DNA of 64,000 bases, taken from the NCBI GenBank assembly GCA_951406725.2, contig OX597834.1:44020001-44084000 (forward strand), in the 5' to 3' direction. The translations under genes and the position numbers were made by a program. Below the pieces are notes generated by a model. It had not been told where the DNA came from and searched no databases. It saw only the letters and a list, made by a program, of their open reading frames with translations. The stretch is from Octopus vulgaris. Its lineage: Eukaryota. Positions 12,336-24,745 of this stretch are shown here, in pieces (position 1 is the stretch's first letter; each line of letters begins with the position of its first letter).

Positions 12336-12854
12336 AGACACACACACCTCAGATGAATTATTAAATAGATACATAAACCTTCAAAATTGAAATTTTAAGT
12401 CAGAGATGTCACCCAGCTTTTTGGGTTTTTTTTGTAATTAAAGATTTTCTTGACAGGGTGGGGCGGGCTTTTTATTTGTTTCTTTTCTGTCTTTCGTTTT
12501 CCTGTTTTTTCTTTTTTATTCCAGCTACCACCCACCCTACTACCAGCTGCCCCATCATTATACCCTGGAGGTCAGAGAAAATGAATTGTCCATTGCTGTT
12601 TCAGTGTTCCCAAATTGAAAACTGATTTTTCAATGGAGGAGATTAATTAGTTCAGACTGAGGCAAGAGTTTTCCTATTAAGCGTTAAGATATGTCATCAA
12701 CAACATCTTCGTTTGGAAGCAGAGGCAGACGGAATCAGCACCTTATACACACACATAACAAAACACAAGCACCTAAGGCGATGGCCTTCATTGATTCTTG
12801 CAGCTGTAAGCACATACACAACAGATACAAATTGCATCCGTCAAACTAACAAAA

Positions 12855-13075
12855 TAATTTCGAATGTTGGCACAACGTTAGCAATTCCAGCAAAGGGAAT
12901 AAGTGGATCGGAGTGACCACAGTAGTCAACTGGTACTTAATTTATCAACCCCAAAAGGATGTGAGTCAAAGTCGACCTCAGCGGAATTTAAACTCAAGAT
13001 TTGTAAGGCATGGTAACTCAGATTTGAACTCAGATTGCCTGGCATGGTAACAATTCTGCCAGTTAGTTCACTGCT
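12855..13075 (-). mobile_element. SINE family C, degenerate
   Basis: aactggtacttaatttatcaacccc...gtcgacctcagcggaatttaaactc. Confidence 0.7.
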
Positions 13076-13184
13076 ATAATAATAACAACAATCTTTTCTA
13101 CTTGAGCCGGTGTTGGTTTGTTTATGTTTTGTAGAAGCATAACCAATATATTGCAGTTAAATCCAAAACAACAAATTCTTAATT

Positions 13185-13450
13185 CTGGTGGACCCCTATA
13201 GCCATTCGAAGTTTAAAAACAATAGGAATCATACAAAATAACTTCTTAAACATTTAGAAATGAATTTTTTGAAAATTCTTTCAAAATTCCTGCTTTGCTT
13301 TCCATTAACTTGTGTAGGTTAAACTATGTAAAATGTTAGAGAAAGAAACTTAGTTACTTCTTGCAATACATATAAGGTAAAATTTCTCCAGGGGCCCTTA
13401 AAATATTTTTGTTGGTCCCCAATTTACTATTTTGTTACGTGGACCCCTTT
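13185..13450 (-). mobile_element. hAT-like MITE fragment related to 8655-9280
   Basis: gtggacccctatagccattcgaagttt is the reverse complement of aacttcgaatgactataagggtccat at ~9252-9277. Confidence 0.5.
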
Positions 13451-14381
13451 GATTACTAGTAATAGCAGCCAAATCTGTTTTAATATGAAGGACACACTGG
13501 TTGATGTTGTTATAGATATACAAAAAGATCATAGAGGTCACAGATGGAACGCTTAAGACATAAGAGTCAGTCCAACCAGCACTGACCAAGGGCTAAACGC
13601 CAATAGCCGTTCTCATCAATCAAGATCTGTTTACTTGGCTTTTAGAAAAGGCATGAACCTCAAAGCTTCACAAATCTATTTTTGCAGCCTTGAGGTGGGG
13701 TAAATCGTAACTACAGAGAAATAAAGACAAAAAAAAAAGGAAAAAGGAAAGAGAAAAATAAACAAAGGAAGAATTTTAGTGAGGAGAGAAAGAATCTAAA
13801 ATTTCTGGTTTTGGTTAAATTCAGGTTAAATAAACCAATTAATATTTTCTCTGGGATTATTGTGAAGAAAGCAGCGAGGACAAGATATTTGAGGGTTGTC
13901 AAATTGACAGAATGAGATGGGGGAAGAGGTAGGAGAAAGAGGAGGAGTGAGGGAGAGGGGGGTTGAGTGAGAGACTAAGAAAGAAGAGCGAGTCACAAAG
14001 AGAGTAAATGGAAAAGAAAGGAGAGAGTGAAAGAGTGAACAAAGAGAGAAAGAGGGACTGAAAAATACAGAGAGAGAGAGAGAGAGAGTGAAGAAAGCCT
14101 TTTTAGTATTCTTAGCTGGAATGTGTGTGTGTGTGTGTGTGTGTGAATATGTTTGTTTTAAATAACCAATAAAATAATAAAATAAAATTTTAAAATCAAG
14201 AAAAAAAAAAAGAAGAAATGAATAAATAAAGAAATTAAAACAAGGATGGAAAGATTAGAAGACGAAGCTTTGCTGTACTGATAAGAATTAAGTTGAAGAG
14301 ATGAAAGGGAGATGGCTAATTAGATTACCAAGTTATGAGGGATACTTTCTAAAGCCTTAAAGCTGAGAGACATGGAGCAAT

Positions 14382-14752
14382 ACTCTTTTACTCTTTCACT
14401 TGTTCCAGTCGTTTGGCTGCGGCCATGCTGGAACACCACCTTTAGTCAAGCAAATCGACCCCAAGACTTATTCTCTGTAAGCCTAGTAGTACTTATTCTA
14501 TCGGTCTCTTTTTGCCGAACTGCTAAGTTACAAGGGACGTAAACACACCAGCATCGGTTGTCAAGCAATGTTGGGGGAACAAACACAGACACACAAACAT
14601 ATACACGCACATACACACACACACACATATATATATATATACGACAGGCTTCTTTCGGTTTCCATCTACTAAATCCACTCACAAGGCTTTGGTTTTCCCG
14701 AGGCCATAGTAGAAGACACTTGCCCAAGGGTGCAACGCAGTGGGACTGAACC
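14382..14752 (-). mobile_element. SINE family B
   Basis: Colinear reverse complement of 28504-28875. Confidence 0.88.
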
Positions 14753-14990
14753 CGCAAAGCATTTTGCATGGTGTGCTAACGTTTCTGCCAGCTTGCCACC
14801 TTCCATGATAATAATAATAATAATAATAATAATAATCCTTTCTACTATAAGCACAAGGCCTGGAATTTGTAGGGAGAGGGATAGTCGATGACAGCAACCC
14901 CAGTGCTTCACTGGTACTTAATTTACAGACCCAGAAAATATGAAAGGCAAAGTCAACCTTGGCGGGACCTGAACTCGGAACAAGACAGGA
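14753..14990 (-). mobile_element. SINE family C pieces separated by (AAT)n
   Basis: Head fragment (ctaacgtttctgccagcttgcc) plus body and tail (ctggtacttaatttac...gaaaggcaaagtcaacc). Confidence 0.75.
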
Positions 14991-16039
14991 TGATCCAATG
15001 TTCGCTGACTTGATCAGCTTTATGTTGAATCAACAAAAATACGACAAATTCTACAACATTCTTCGCATTATATATACAAACAGAATGAGGTCCACCAATT
15101 GGGAATTTGAGACTCTGGTACATAGAAATAAAGACGGCAATGAGCGCACGAAAAAGAAAATATGGGAAGGACAAGTTTTAACAAATGTTCTATTACACAT
15201 CAATACAAATAAACATATATTTTATATATGTGTGTATATGTGCGTATATATATGCATATACGTATGTATGTAATTTATATATACATCCATATGAATTACA
15301 TATAATTTAGCATTTCTATTCAAATGTATATATGTCGTGTGTATGTGTGTGTGCATGTTTATGCAAAGAAACAAATGAAAAAACACTATTATACACTCTG
15401 TGGGAGTTATTTTGATAACTAGACATCTAATGATTCACTTCAGACTTCACTGTTCCTTCCCAGGGACGCTCAATCAATCTAGATGGTAAAAGAAAGGTGA
15501 TTCTAATTCTTTCTCTTACCATCTGGCACCCACCACACCTTTTTTTCTTCTTTTATTCAATTATCCAGTTAACCTTATTTACTAAACAACATGATATACT
15601 GAATAAAATGAAAAAAACAAAAGTAAAATAAAACAGAGTGCTTTCCACTTGCTCTCAAATTACCAATGAAAGCTTACTTTAGCCTGGCTTTCGGATAGAT
15701 CAACAAAAATTGCATCTGGTTGCTAGGAACATGTTTAGCCGTCTAAGTCATTTACAATTATACAGAAGTAATTCAAACTACTACATTATTCACATATAAT
15801 TAATTAATAATTTAATTAGTTGCCTACATTGTAAATAGAATTATATTAAAAAGAAAAGAAAAGAGAAAACAACTTCTTACTATTTTAAGTAGATTCTACA
15901 TGGGAGGGTCTTTATAAAGTGTTTAAATAAAGTATGTGCCTGGTTCCGGGTTCAGTCCCACTGCGTGGTACCTACTATAGCCTTGTCAGTGGATTTGGTA
16001 GACAGAAACTGAAAGAAGCCTGGGAAGTATGTGTTGGTG

Positions 16040-16255
16040 GTCATTGCCAGCTCCCCTGGGCAGTGTGCCAGTGGCACGTAAAAAAAGCACCCACTACACT
16101 CTTGGAGTGGTTGGCATTAGGAAGGGCATCCAGCTGTAGAAACACTGCCAGATCAGATTGGGGCCTGGTGCAGCCTCTTGGCTTCCCAGACTCCAGTTGA
16201 ACCATCCAACCCCTGCCAGCATGGAAAACGGACGTTAAACAATGATGATGATGAA
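16040..16255 (+). mobile_element. RTE-type 3' end (family D) nested in a family B SINE
   Basis: ggcacgtaaaaaaagcacccactacactc...acggacgttaaacaatgatgatgatg; family B sequence on both sides. Confidence 0.8.
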
Positions 16256-16719
16256 TATATATATATATGTATTTATGTGTGTATGTGTTTGATCAACACC
16301 AGCAGCTCTTCACAACTGTTGGTGGTTTGTTTACATTCTTGTGACTTAGCAGTACAGCAAAACTAAACCAATGATGGAATATGTACCGGGCTCAACAAAA
16401 GATATATTACAAACACCCCCTCCAACCACCACCACCCCATCCAACCCAGAAAGAGTGAAACAAACACATTGCAGCTGGGATTTCCCCACCCCCACCCCAT
16501 CTTCCTACTAACACTTAACCCTCTGCTCCTAACATACTTTCTTTTTTTCTTCCAAAGAATAAGTCTTGGGGGTCAATTTCTTCACCAAATAAAAACCCTT
16601 TAAGGTAGTTCTCCAGCATGACGGAAGTCAAATGACTGAGACTATCTGATGTCGATACACATTGCTGGTCATCAGGTGCCTTGTATTGCTTTTTGGCTTT
16701 TAAATATTGCCACCCCATT

Positions 16720-16916
16720 GGTCAGACGAGCAGGCCAACATTTTCCCCTGATTGGAAGGCTAGTCCATTGCAGGGGTACCTATTTATAGCTGAGTGGACA
16801 GAGGCAACATGAAATGAAGTGTTTTGCTCAAGAACACAATGTGTTGCCCAGTCCAGGAATTGAACCCACGATCTAGCCACCGTGAGTGCAACACCCTCAC
16901 CACTAGACCACATGCC

Positions 16917-16918
<2 letters not shown>
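16720..16918 (-). mobile_element. tRNA-headed SINE, family A-related with a different tail
   Basis: Minus strand ggcatgtggtctagtggtgagggtgttgcactcac...ggttcaattcctggactgg...ttgagcaaaacacttcatttc. Confidence 0.75.
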
Positions 16919-16980
<62 letters not shown>

Positions 16981-17186
16981 TACACATATACTATATAATT
17001 AGGGTTCAGCAACGATTTGCTTCACCACACACCGAAGTTGAGAAATAGCAGTCAAAAAATCTTAGCTATTCCTTCTACTTTAAAGGGAAGTTCCCAGAAA
17101 AACCAAAGCACTTGAAAACAAACCACGCAGGTACAAGGGAATAAATGACGAAAATCATTCTATAATATAATAAATGATATATATAT

Positions 17187-17300
17187 ATCAGCTGAAATTG
17201 CGAGGATGATCCGGTTCTTGACTGAAGATTAGAGGCTTCAAATGACCCATCCCTGTTTTTTGTATTTCAATGTTTTGTGTTCTTGTCCCATTTTGAATTT
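17187..17300 (+). repeat. Short dispersed repeat (3 copies), unclassified
   Basis: cagc[ct]gaaattgcga[ga]gatgatccggttcttgactgaagatt...; also at 32505-32612 (+) and 47050-47135 (-). Confidence 0.7.
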
Positions 17301-18162
17301 ATACATGTGTGTGTGTGTGTGTGCGTGTGTGTGAGAGAGAGTGTGACCTCAAGTGTTCCAGCAAACAACTGTATGTATGTCAGAATATCATGGAATATTG
17401 TGGAAAGCAACAAAAAGGCCAAGAGAGAAATTCTAATAGACAGAACTGAAGAAATCTAACACTAATTACCAACAAATGATTCTTTATCAGCACACACCAA
17501 AGAATGTTGATGGGTTTTCCAGCAGAGTTAACTCATTCAGTGAAAAAGCAGAGGCTCCCTTCTTTAAATCATATCTGCTTTCTGAAAGACTGCTTCCATT
17601 TCTTTCATGTAAACAAGCTATTTAATTATTACAACAACACCCATCACTGTCTATGCATCTCACCATCACCATCTGACACCCACCCCTCTCTCTCTCTCTC
17701 TCTCTCTCTCGCTCTCTCTCTGTTTCTCTTTTAGCACAGCCATTCCATCAGTCCACTGCCGCTGCTACCATCATCACCAAAGCCTTCTGATATTTGCCTT
17801 CTTCACTGACATTCAAAACAGCCAGACATCTTAGTGAAAGAAGTCAAAATAGTGAACAAAGGCAACCAGTTTTAGTCTGTACTTGTGAGTGTGTGTGTGT
17901 GGAGAGAGAGAGAGAGAGAGAGAGAGAGGAGGAGGAGGAGGAGAAATAAAGGTAGTGTACTCACATCGTGATATAATAAGCAAAATATAGTAATGTCTAT
18001 GCATTTATACATGTGTGCCTGTGTGTGTGTGTTCTTGCTATGTTTCTACTCACACACACACACACACACACACACACGTGTACACATGACAAACATATGT
18101 ATGTAGCATATTTATTTATATGCCAAGGATGATGAATGTATGTCAAGATTAGACTAAATGAG

Positions 18163-18163
<1 letters not shown>

Positions 18164-18257
<94 letters not shown>

Positions 18258-18258
18258 T

Positions 18259-18305
<47 letters not shown>

Positions 18306-18327
18306 TGTGTGTGTGTGTGTGTGTGTG
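18164..18327. repeat. (GT)n microsatellite, ~160 bp
   Basis: Direct reading. Confidence 0.95.
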
Positions 18328-18473
18328 TTCGCATTGTACTAAATCAAATCAAATATATAAACTAATTAGTTATCTTGATTTCAACAATCTTAATTGAACA
18401 CAAAACTAGATTGGACCCTGCAGTAACTCAAAGCAGGACTTGATACCCGACTGCTAAACCCTAAACTAGAATT

Positions 18474-18906
18474 CTTTTCTGCTTTAGGCACAAGGCCCGA
18501 AATTTTTGGGGAAGGAGACAGTCGATTAGATCGATGCCAGTACACAACTGGTACTTAATTTATCGACCCCGAATGGATGAAAGGCAAGGTCGACTTCGGC
18601 AGAATTTGAACTCAGGATATAAAGACAGACGAAATACTGCTACGTATTTTGCCCGGTGTGTTAACGTTTCTTATTTCTTTATTGCGCACAAGGGGCTAAT
18701 CACAGAAGGGACAAACAGGACAGACAAAGGAATTAAGTTGATTACATTGACCCCAGTACCCAACTGGTACTTAATTTATCCACCCTGAAAGGTAAAAAAA
18801 GCAAAGTCGACCTTGGCAGAATTTGAACTCAGAACATTAAGACAAACGAAATACCACTAAGCATTTCACCTGGTTTTAGCGTTTCTGCCAGTCCGCCACC
18901 TTTAAG
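18474..18906 (-). mobile_element. SINE family C heterodimer
   Basis: Two family C units with different tails; a single 15-bp TSD ccctaaactagaatt (18459-18473, 18907-18921). Confidence 0.85.
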
Positions 18907-20069
18907 CCCTAAACTAGAATTGAGAATGAAACCAACTATATACTGAAAGCCTTTTTTTAAGGACCAGAAGCAGATTCCAAGACTTTTATTCATAAAACAT
19001 TGGCTGTGTCTTTGAGTCTTGCTTGTCTCAAAGGTTTGCTCAAACATGAAATGATTTCTGTAACAGGTGGAACTTCAAGTCACAGTGAACTCCTTTGTTT
19101 TTAAGTACTGAGGCCTTATAAACACACACACACACACACACACACAAGTAAGCACATAAATGCAAAACAAAATGGCAAAACATTCCCAGATACCGAAGGT
19201 GGAGTAATATGCTTTTAATAAAGCTGCAAAATTTTCACATATCTTAGCGGTTCAGCAAAAGAGTCCGACAGAATAAGTACTAGTCTTAGAAAGGACAAGT
19301 GCCGGGGTCGAATTGCTTGACTAAAGGCGGTGCTCCAGCATGGCCTTAGTCAAATGACTGAAAAGGCACGTAAAAAACACCCACTACACTCACGGAGTGG
19401 TTGGCGTTAGGAAGATAAATTGTTCCTATATTTGTATGTATGTATGTATCAATGGTTCAGTGTCTACTGTGTAGACCAGGAAAGAAAAAAACACCTGTGA
19501 TATGTGTGGGCGGGGGTTGCTAGCAAGGTGTCAGCCATGAGTATAAAGCCAGAATTAGCAACAACTTAAATTAAGTAGCCATGTTATTATGTCAGTGTTC
19601 TGTTGAGTATGGGAGCGGTGGGAGGGGGTGGAGGATAGAGAAAGAGAAGAGCATGGACAGAGTGAATGACAGGGAAGACAAAGAAGGTGAAATGAAGAGG
19701 ATAAGCTGAGGTGGAGGAGGAGACATGATGTGTCTACACAAGGACAAAAGTGTCAACATTTTTTGACTGTGAGTTTTTCTCTTTTCAAACTGTCCCCTCA
19801 CATTAAAGTACAGTGAATCTCAATTATACCAGCAGACAGAAGAATCACAAGGGGTACCAGGGGTAGGGGACTATCTAGAAGGCTGAGCTGAAATTGGTTA
19901 CCTACTTTTGACCTCAATAAATAAAATTACAAGGAAGCACCCCCACGCACCACCCTTTTCTTTTCTTTTCTTTTTTTTTCTTATTTCCAACAAGAAAATA
20001 CATCAGATGCATATCTGAACAATATATATACATATGTGTGTGTGTGTGTGTGTGTGTATAGGGATAGGA

Positions 20070-20270
20070 GTGGCTGTGTGCTAAGTAGCTTGCTGACCAA
20101 CATGGTTCCAGGTTCAGTCCCACTGCTTGGCACCTTGGGCAAGAGTCTTCTACTCACAAGACTTTGGACGGCCCGAAGCTACAGTAGAAGACACTTGCCC
20201 AAGGTGCTACGCAGTGGGAAAGAACCTGAAACCATGTGGTTGGTAAGCAAGCTACTTACCACACAGCCAC
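20070..20270. mobile_element. Inverted pair of SINE B 5' halves
   Basis: 20070-20154 (+) is complementary to 20183-20270 (-). Confidence 0.85.
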
Positions 20271-20717
20271 ATGGAATTGTTCAACACCCCACTTGTTCCT
20301 TGCACTGTATCATCCCTATTTGTTTTGTGTTTGGCCATTGTGGCCCATGAAGAAATATTATCATCATCAGCATTATTATTATTATTATTATTGTTATTAA
20401 GTTAATGGGAAATGTGTCAGCCAGGATGACCTCTTGACCCTAACCTTTACAGACAGATGACATGAAAGGAAAGGAATCACACAATAAAACGTCTTTACTT
20501 TCCCCAATGAATTATCTCATTATCCCCTGGCAGATCATGAGCAGGAGTAGCAAGCAGGCTGGGCTTCCATCATCCCCACCTTTCCAAAAGTGAAAGACCC
20601 TGCCCCCTATAACAACCAGCAGTTCTGTTTCAAGGAGATACAAAAAAAAAAAAAAACCCAAAAAAACCCAGAAACTAACTGGCTTTATAAAAGACAATCA
20701 CCAAACAGGAAGTCTCT

Positions 20718-20915
20718 ATGAGCTGGCAGAAATGTTAGCACCCCAGGCGAAATGCTTGGCAGTATTTCACTGGTCTTTACGTTCTGAGTTCAAATTCCAC
20801 CAAGGTCGACTTTGCCTTTCATCCTTTCGGGGTCGATAAATTAAGTACCAGTTGTGTACCAGGGTTGATCTAATCGACTGGTCCCCTCTCCAAACCTTTC
20901 AGGCCTTTTGCCTAA
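20718..20915 (+). mobile_element. SINE family C monomer
   Basis: gagctggcagaaatgttagc...gagttcaaattcc...gcctttcatcctttcggggtcgataaattaagtaccag. Confidence 0.85.
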
Positions 20916-21034
20916 AGACTTGTTCTGTTAGAAATAGCAACCAAATCTCTCACTCTCAGCTTTAGTTAAATGCAGGAAATTCAACAGCTATTTCTAGCAA
21001 ATCAGCTTGTCCTCATCTTTGTAAGAAAAAGCAA

Positions 21035-21345
21035 TTCTTTTATTTATTTCAGTCATTTGACTGTGGCCATGCTGGAGCACTGCTTTAAAGGGTTTTAATT
21101 GAAGAAATCGGATTTTTCTTTGTTAGCCTAGTATTTATTCTATCTCTTTCGCCAAACTGCTAACTTATGGGGACGTAAACATGCCAGCATCGGTTGTCAA
21201 GCGGTGATGGGGGAGGGGGACAAACACAGACACAGACACACACATATATATACATATATGATGGGCTTCATTCAGTTTCCATGTACCAAATCCACTGACA
21301 AGCCTTTGGTTGGCCCAAGGATAAGGTGCTACACCATGGGACCAA
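21035..21345 (-). mobile_element. SINE family B, degenerate
   Basis: Reverse complement of the family B tail and body. Confidence 0.8.
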
Positions 21346-22221
21346 AACTGGGAACCACGCATTAAAACCGAATCTACCTCGGAATCCCACCTTAATGAGT
21401 AGCTGCAAAATGCTTCCATCATTGCTTTTCATATCTGCTTTTCCAAGCTGTCATGGGTTGGATGAGACATCTTCAAGCATCAATTTAGTTTGATGACCAT
21501 CGCGAAGCCAAACCTTTCAGCCGTCAGATTATGCAGGAATATGGTAAAAACTAGGATGTACAACTAGGAAGGATGTTCTTAAAATTCTATTCTATTCACA
21601 GATATAGAAATGTTCTGCTGCAAGACTTACCATTCTCTAAACAGCAGCAGCAGCTGCATGTACTCACTGCTCCTGATTAAGCACCCCACCCCTCTAATAG
21701 AATTCATCACTTCTATCTATCATCACACACACACACACACACTGTTGATCTTCAAATAACTGTAGGGAGAGGAAGGAGTGGAGGAGATGCAGAAAATGAT
21801 AGAACAAAGACAAAGGGAGAGAGAGAAGGTTAGAGAAAGGGAGAAAGAGAGAGAATGAGAGAGCGAGAGAGAGAGAGAGAGAGAGAATGAGAGAGAGAGA
21901 GATAAAAGAGATGGGTACAGATAAAACTTGTTGAAAAAAAAACAAAAAAAACAATAGTAACAATAATTGAGGAATCCTGAGAGTCAATTAATTAAAGCTT
22001 GAAATTAGGAAGACAAATAAATGGAAAATAATTATAAAGAAAAGCAAAGTTTGATTTGAAAACAAAAGATGGCGCTAAAATCGCAAAAAGGAAGGAGAGG
22101 AGGAAAACAACAGAAATTAGGATTCAGTTGTGCAATAATGAGAGGAGTAGTGGGAGTGAATAGAACTAATGAGATATACACATACATACATACATAGGTA
22201 TGTATATATGCACATAGATGC

Positions 22222-22652
22222 AAGAGTGGCTGTGCGGTAAATAGCTTGCTCACCAACCACATGGTTCCGAGTTCAGTCCCTCTGCATGGCACCTTGGGAA
22301 AGTGACTTCTATTGTAGCCTTGGCCCAACCAAGGTCTTGTGAGTGGATTTGGTAGGCGGAAACTGAAAGAAGCCCATCATATATATATATATACATACAC
22401 ACACACATATGTATGTATGTATGTATGTGTGTGTGTATATGTTTGTGTGTGTCTGTTTGTTCCCCCAACATCACTTGACAACCGATACTAGTGTGATTGC
22501 ATCCCTGTAACTTAGCGCTTTGAAAAAAGAGAATGATGGAATAAGCACTAGGCTTACCAAGAATAAGCCCTGGGATTGATTTTCTCGACTACAGGCAGTG
22601 CTCCAGCATGGCTGCAGTCAAATGAGTGAAACACGTAAAAGAATAAAAGAAT
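22222..22652 (+). mobile_element. SINE family B, full length
   Basis: Head gtggctgtgcggtaaatagcttgc...gagttcagtccc, CORE-like ccttgggaaagtgacttc, complete tail. Confidence 0.88.
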
Positions 22653-23309
22653 ATATATAGATATGTATATATATATATATAATATACATGTATATATATA
22701 TGTATGTACATATATATATATATATACATATATACACACACATATACACATATATAGATGTGTGTGTGTGTATATATATAAATATATATATATATATGTA
22801 CACATATACACATATATACATATACATACATAAATACACACACACACATACACTCACACACACAAATACACACATACATATATACATATAATCCAAGTGA
22901 GACCCTATAACTGTTATCATTATTGCACTTTGTATATACAATTAGATGTGGCACCGAGAACAACAATAATGTTGATGATGATGATGATGCTAATTGTAGC
23001 ACTTATCGGGTCTCTGAAAAGTTTAGTGCTGAATTTAATCCAACTCCCACCTCCAGCCCTCCCCAGAGATGTTTGCTTAAAGCTAATTAAAATTTACAGA
23101 ACAAAAAGGCTTTCTTCCGATTCCATGATGAATGGAAGGAAAGAAAGAAGCATCTTATCTATAACGGTTTTAATTCATTTTGGTGATGCTTGGTTTCCTC
23201 ATTTGCCTTTTGTTGTTTTGTTTCTCATGTTGGTTTAGTAGTATGAGCACCTTGTATGTGCATGTATGTATATGTATATATATGAATGTTTTGTGTAATG
23301 AGATAAAAA

Positions 23310-23820
23310 AAAAAACCAAGGCTGCGTAGATATTAGAGCATTTATAGATAGAAGGTCTTACAGCTGTTTCTAGGATATTAATTAATAATAATATCCCTTC
23401 ATCGGAGACGGTGTGAGAGGAAAAGTTAAGTCATAGTTAGTTTCGATGTGATACAAAATAGAGAGTGAGGTGGAAGAAAGAAAATAGATGTAAGATATGT
23501 ATGGTTATTAAGTTCATAAATCCGTTTTATAGGCATCAGGGTATATATGTGTAATATTCCAATATCCTTTGAGTAAAATCCAAAAGTCCAACAGAGTTTA
23601 ATATGAGTCCATCCAGATGTAAAGTTTATAAGCAATGTAAGATTCCCTTAACATTGGTCATTCCCAGTAGGGAATTCATATGGAATGTAGCAGATTGGAG
23701 GTTTGTGTTTAAACTGACTTGAGGTTTGTGTTTAAATTATATATAATTTAAATGATAAGGGTGAAAAATTGAATATTAATTTGATTAATATCAATTTAAA
23801 ACCAGTGGTCTAGCATACAG
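23310..23820 (-). mobile_element. Penelope-like element 3'/pseudo-LTR fragment
   Basis: AT-rich unique segment carrying a minimal hammerhead near its minus-strand 3' end; no recognisable ORF, so the assignment rests on the ribozyme motif. Confidence 0.5.
23355..23409 (-). ncRNA. Minimal hammerhead ribozyme motif with palindromic helix III (one core mismatch)
   Basis: gtct-CcGATGA-ag-ggatatta/ttattaat/taatatcc-ta-GAAA-cagctg-TA-agac; helix I gtct/agac; predicted GUA cleavage site. Confidence 0.7.
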
Positions 23821-23856
23821 AACAATCTGATGATTCAGAAAAATTATATTACATAC

Positions 23857-24040
23857 ATATAAGAGGCAGATGACAATTAAGTGGACATCCATTATGCTAG
23901 AGGTAGATCCCATATGGTCTGACCACTAAGAAAAGATTTTTCTCAAGAAAATTCAGCAAACGCCAGAATGTAAGCGAGCAAGACAAATTTGCCTTGCTCT
24001 AGCATAACGGATGTCCACTTAGTGGTCATCCCTCTTATAT
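23857..24040. mobile_element. MITE-like element with ~45-bp imperfect terminal inverted repeats
   Basis: atataagaggcagatgacaattaagtggacatccattatgctagag vs ctctagcataacggatgtccacttagtggtcatccctcttatat, in a TA context. Confidence 0.7.
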
Positions 24041-24400
24041 GTATATGTTTGTGTGTGTGTGTATATATGTATATATATATATACACACACACGTATACAT
24101 CTATGTGTGTGTCTCTGTGTCTGTACCCCCCCACCATCATTGCTTCACAACCAGAGTTGGTGTGTTTATGTTCCCATAACTTAGCAGTTCAGCAAAGGGA
24201 GTGATAGAACAACCTGACATATTTGGCTTCTCACACTTATTCTATGTCATTTTAAATACAAACAATCACAGAATTGAAATATTGAAACCCTAAGACACGG
24301 CTCAATTAATGAAGAACGATGTGAGTATATAAAGCATCACATTTGACAGAATAATCTGTCAAATATATATATACTTTAGGGTAAAAATAAATCTAAGTGA

Positions 24401-24745
24401 AGGAGCATGGTGCAGTGGTTAGACTGTCGGGCTCACAATCATGACTTAGTGAGTTCGATTCCCAGACTGGGCTGTGTGTTGTGTTCTTGAACAAGACACT
24501 TTATTTTTATGTTGCTCCAGTTCACTCAGCTGTAGAAATGAGTTACGACATCACCGGTGCCAAGCTGTATCGGCCTTTGCCTTTCCCTTGGATAACATTG
24601 GTGGCACGGAAAGGAGAAGCTGGTATGCATGGGTGACTACTGGTCTTCCATAAACAACCTTGTCCAGACTTGTGCATTGAAGGGGAACCTTCTAGGTGCA
24701 TTCCATGGTCATTCATGACTGAAGGGGGTCTTTACCCATTACCCA
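24401..24745 (+). mobile_element. SINE family A, full length
   Basis: Colinear with 1638-1973; A/B boxes; (ttaccca) tail repeats. Confidence 0.88.

Noticed and set aside
18136-18397. (VC)n/(TH)n ORFs, and similar (YI)n and (ER)n ORFs throughout the window
   Set aside because: Dinucleotide microsatellite artefacts.
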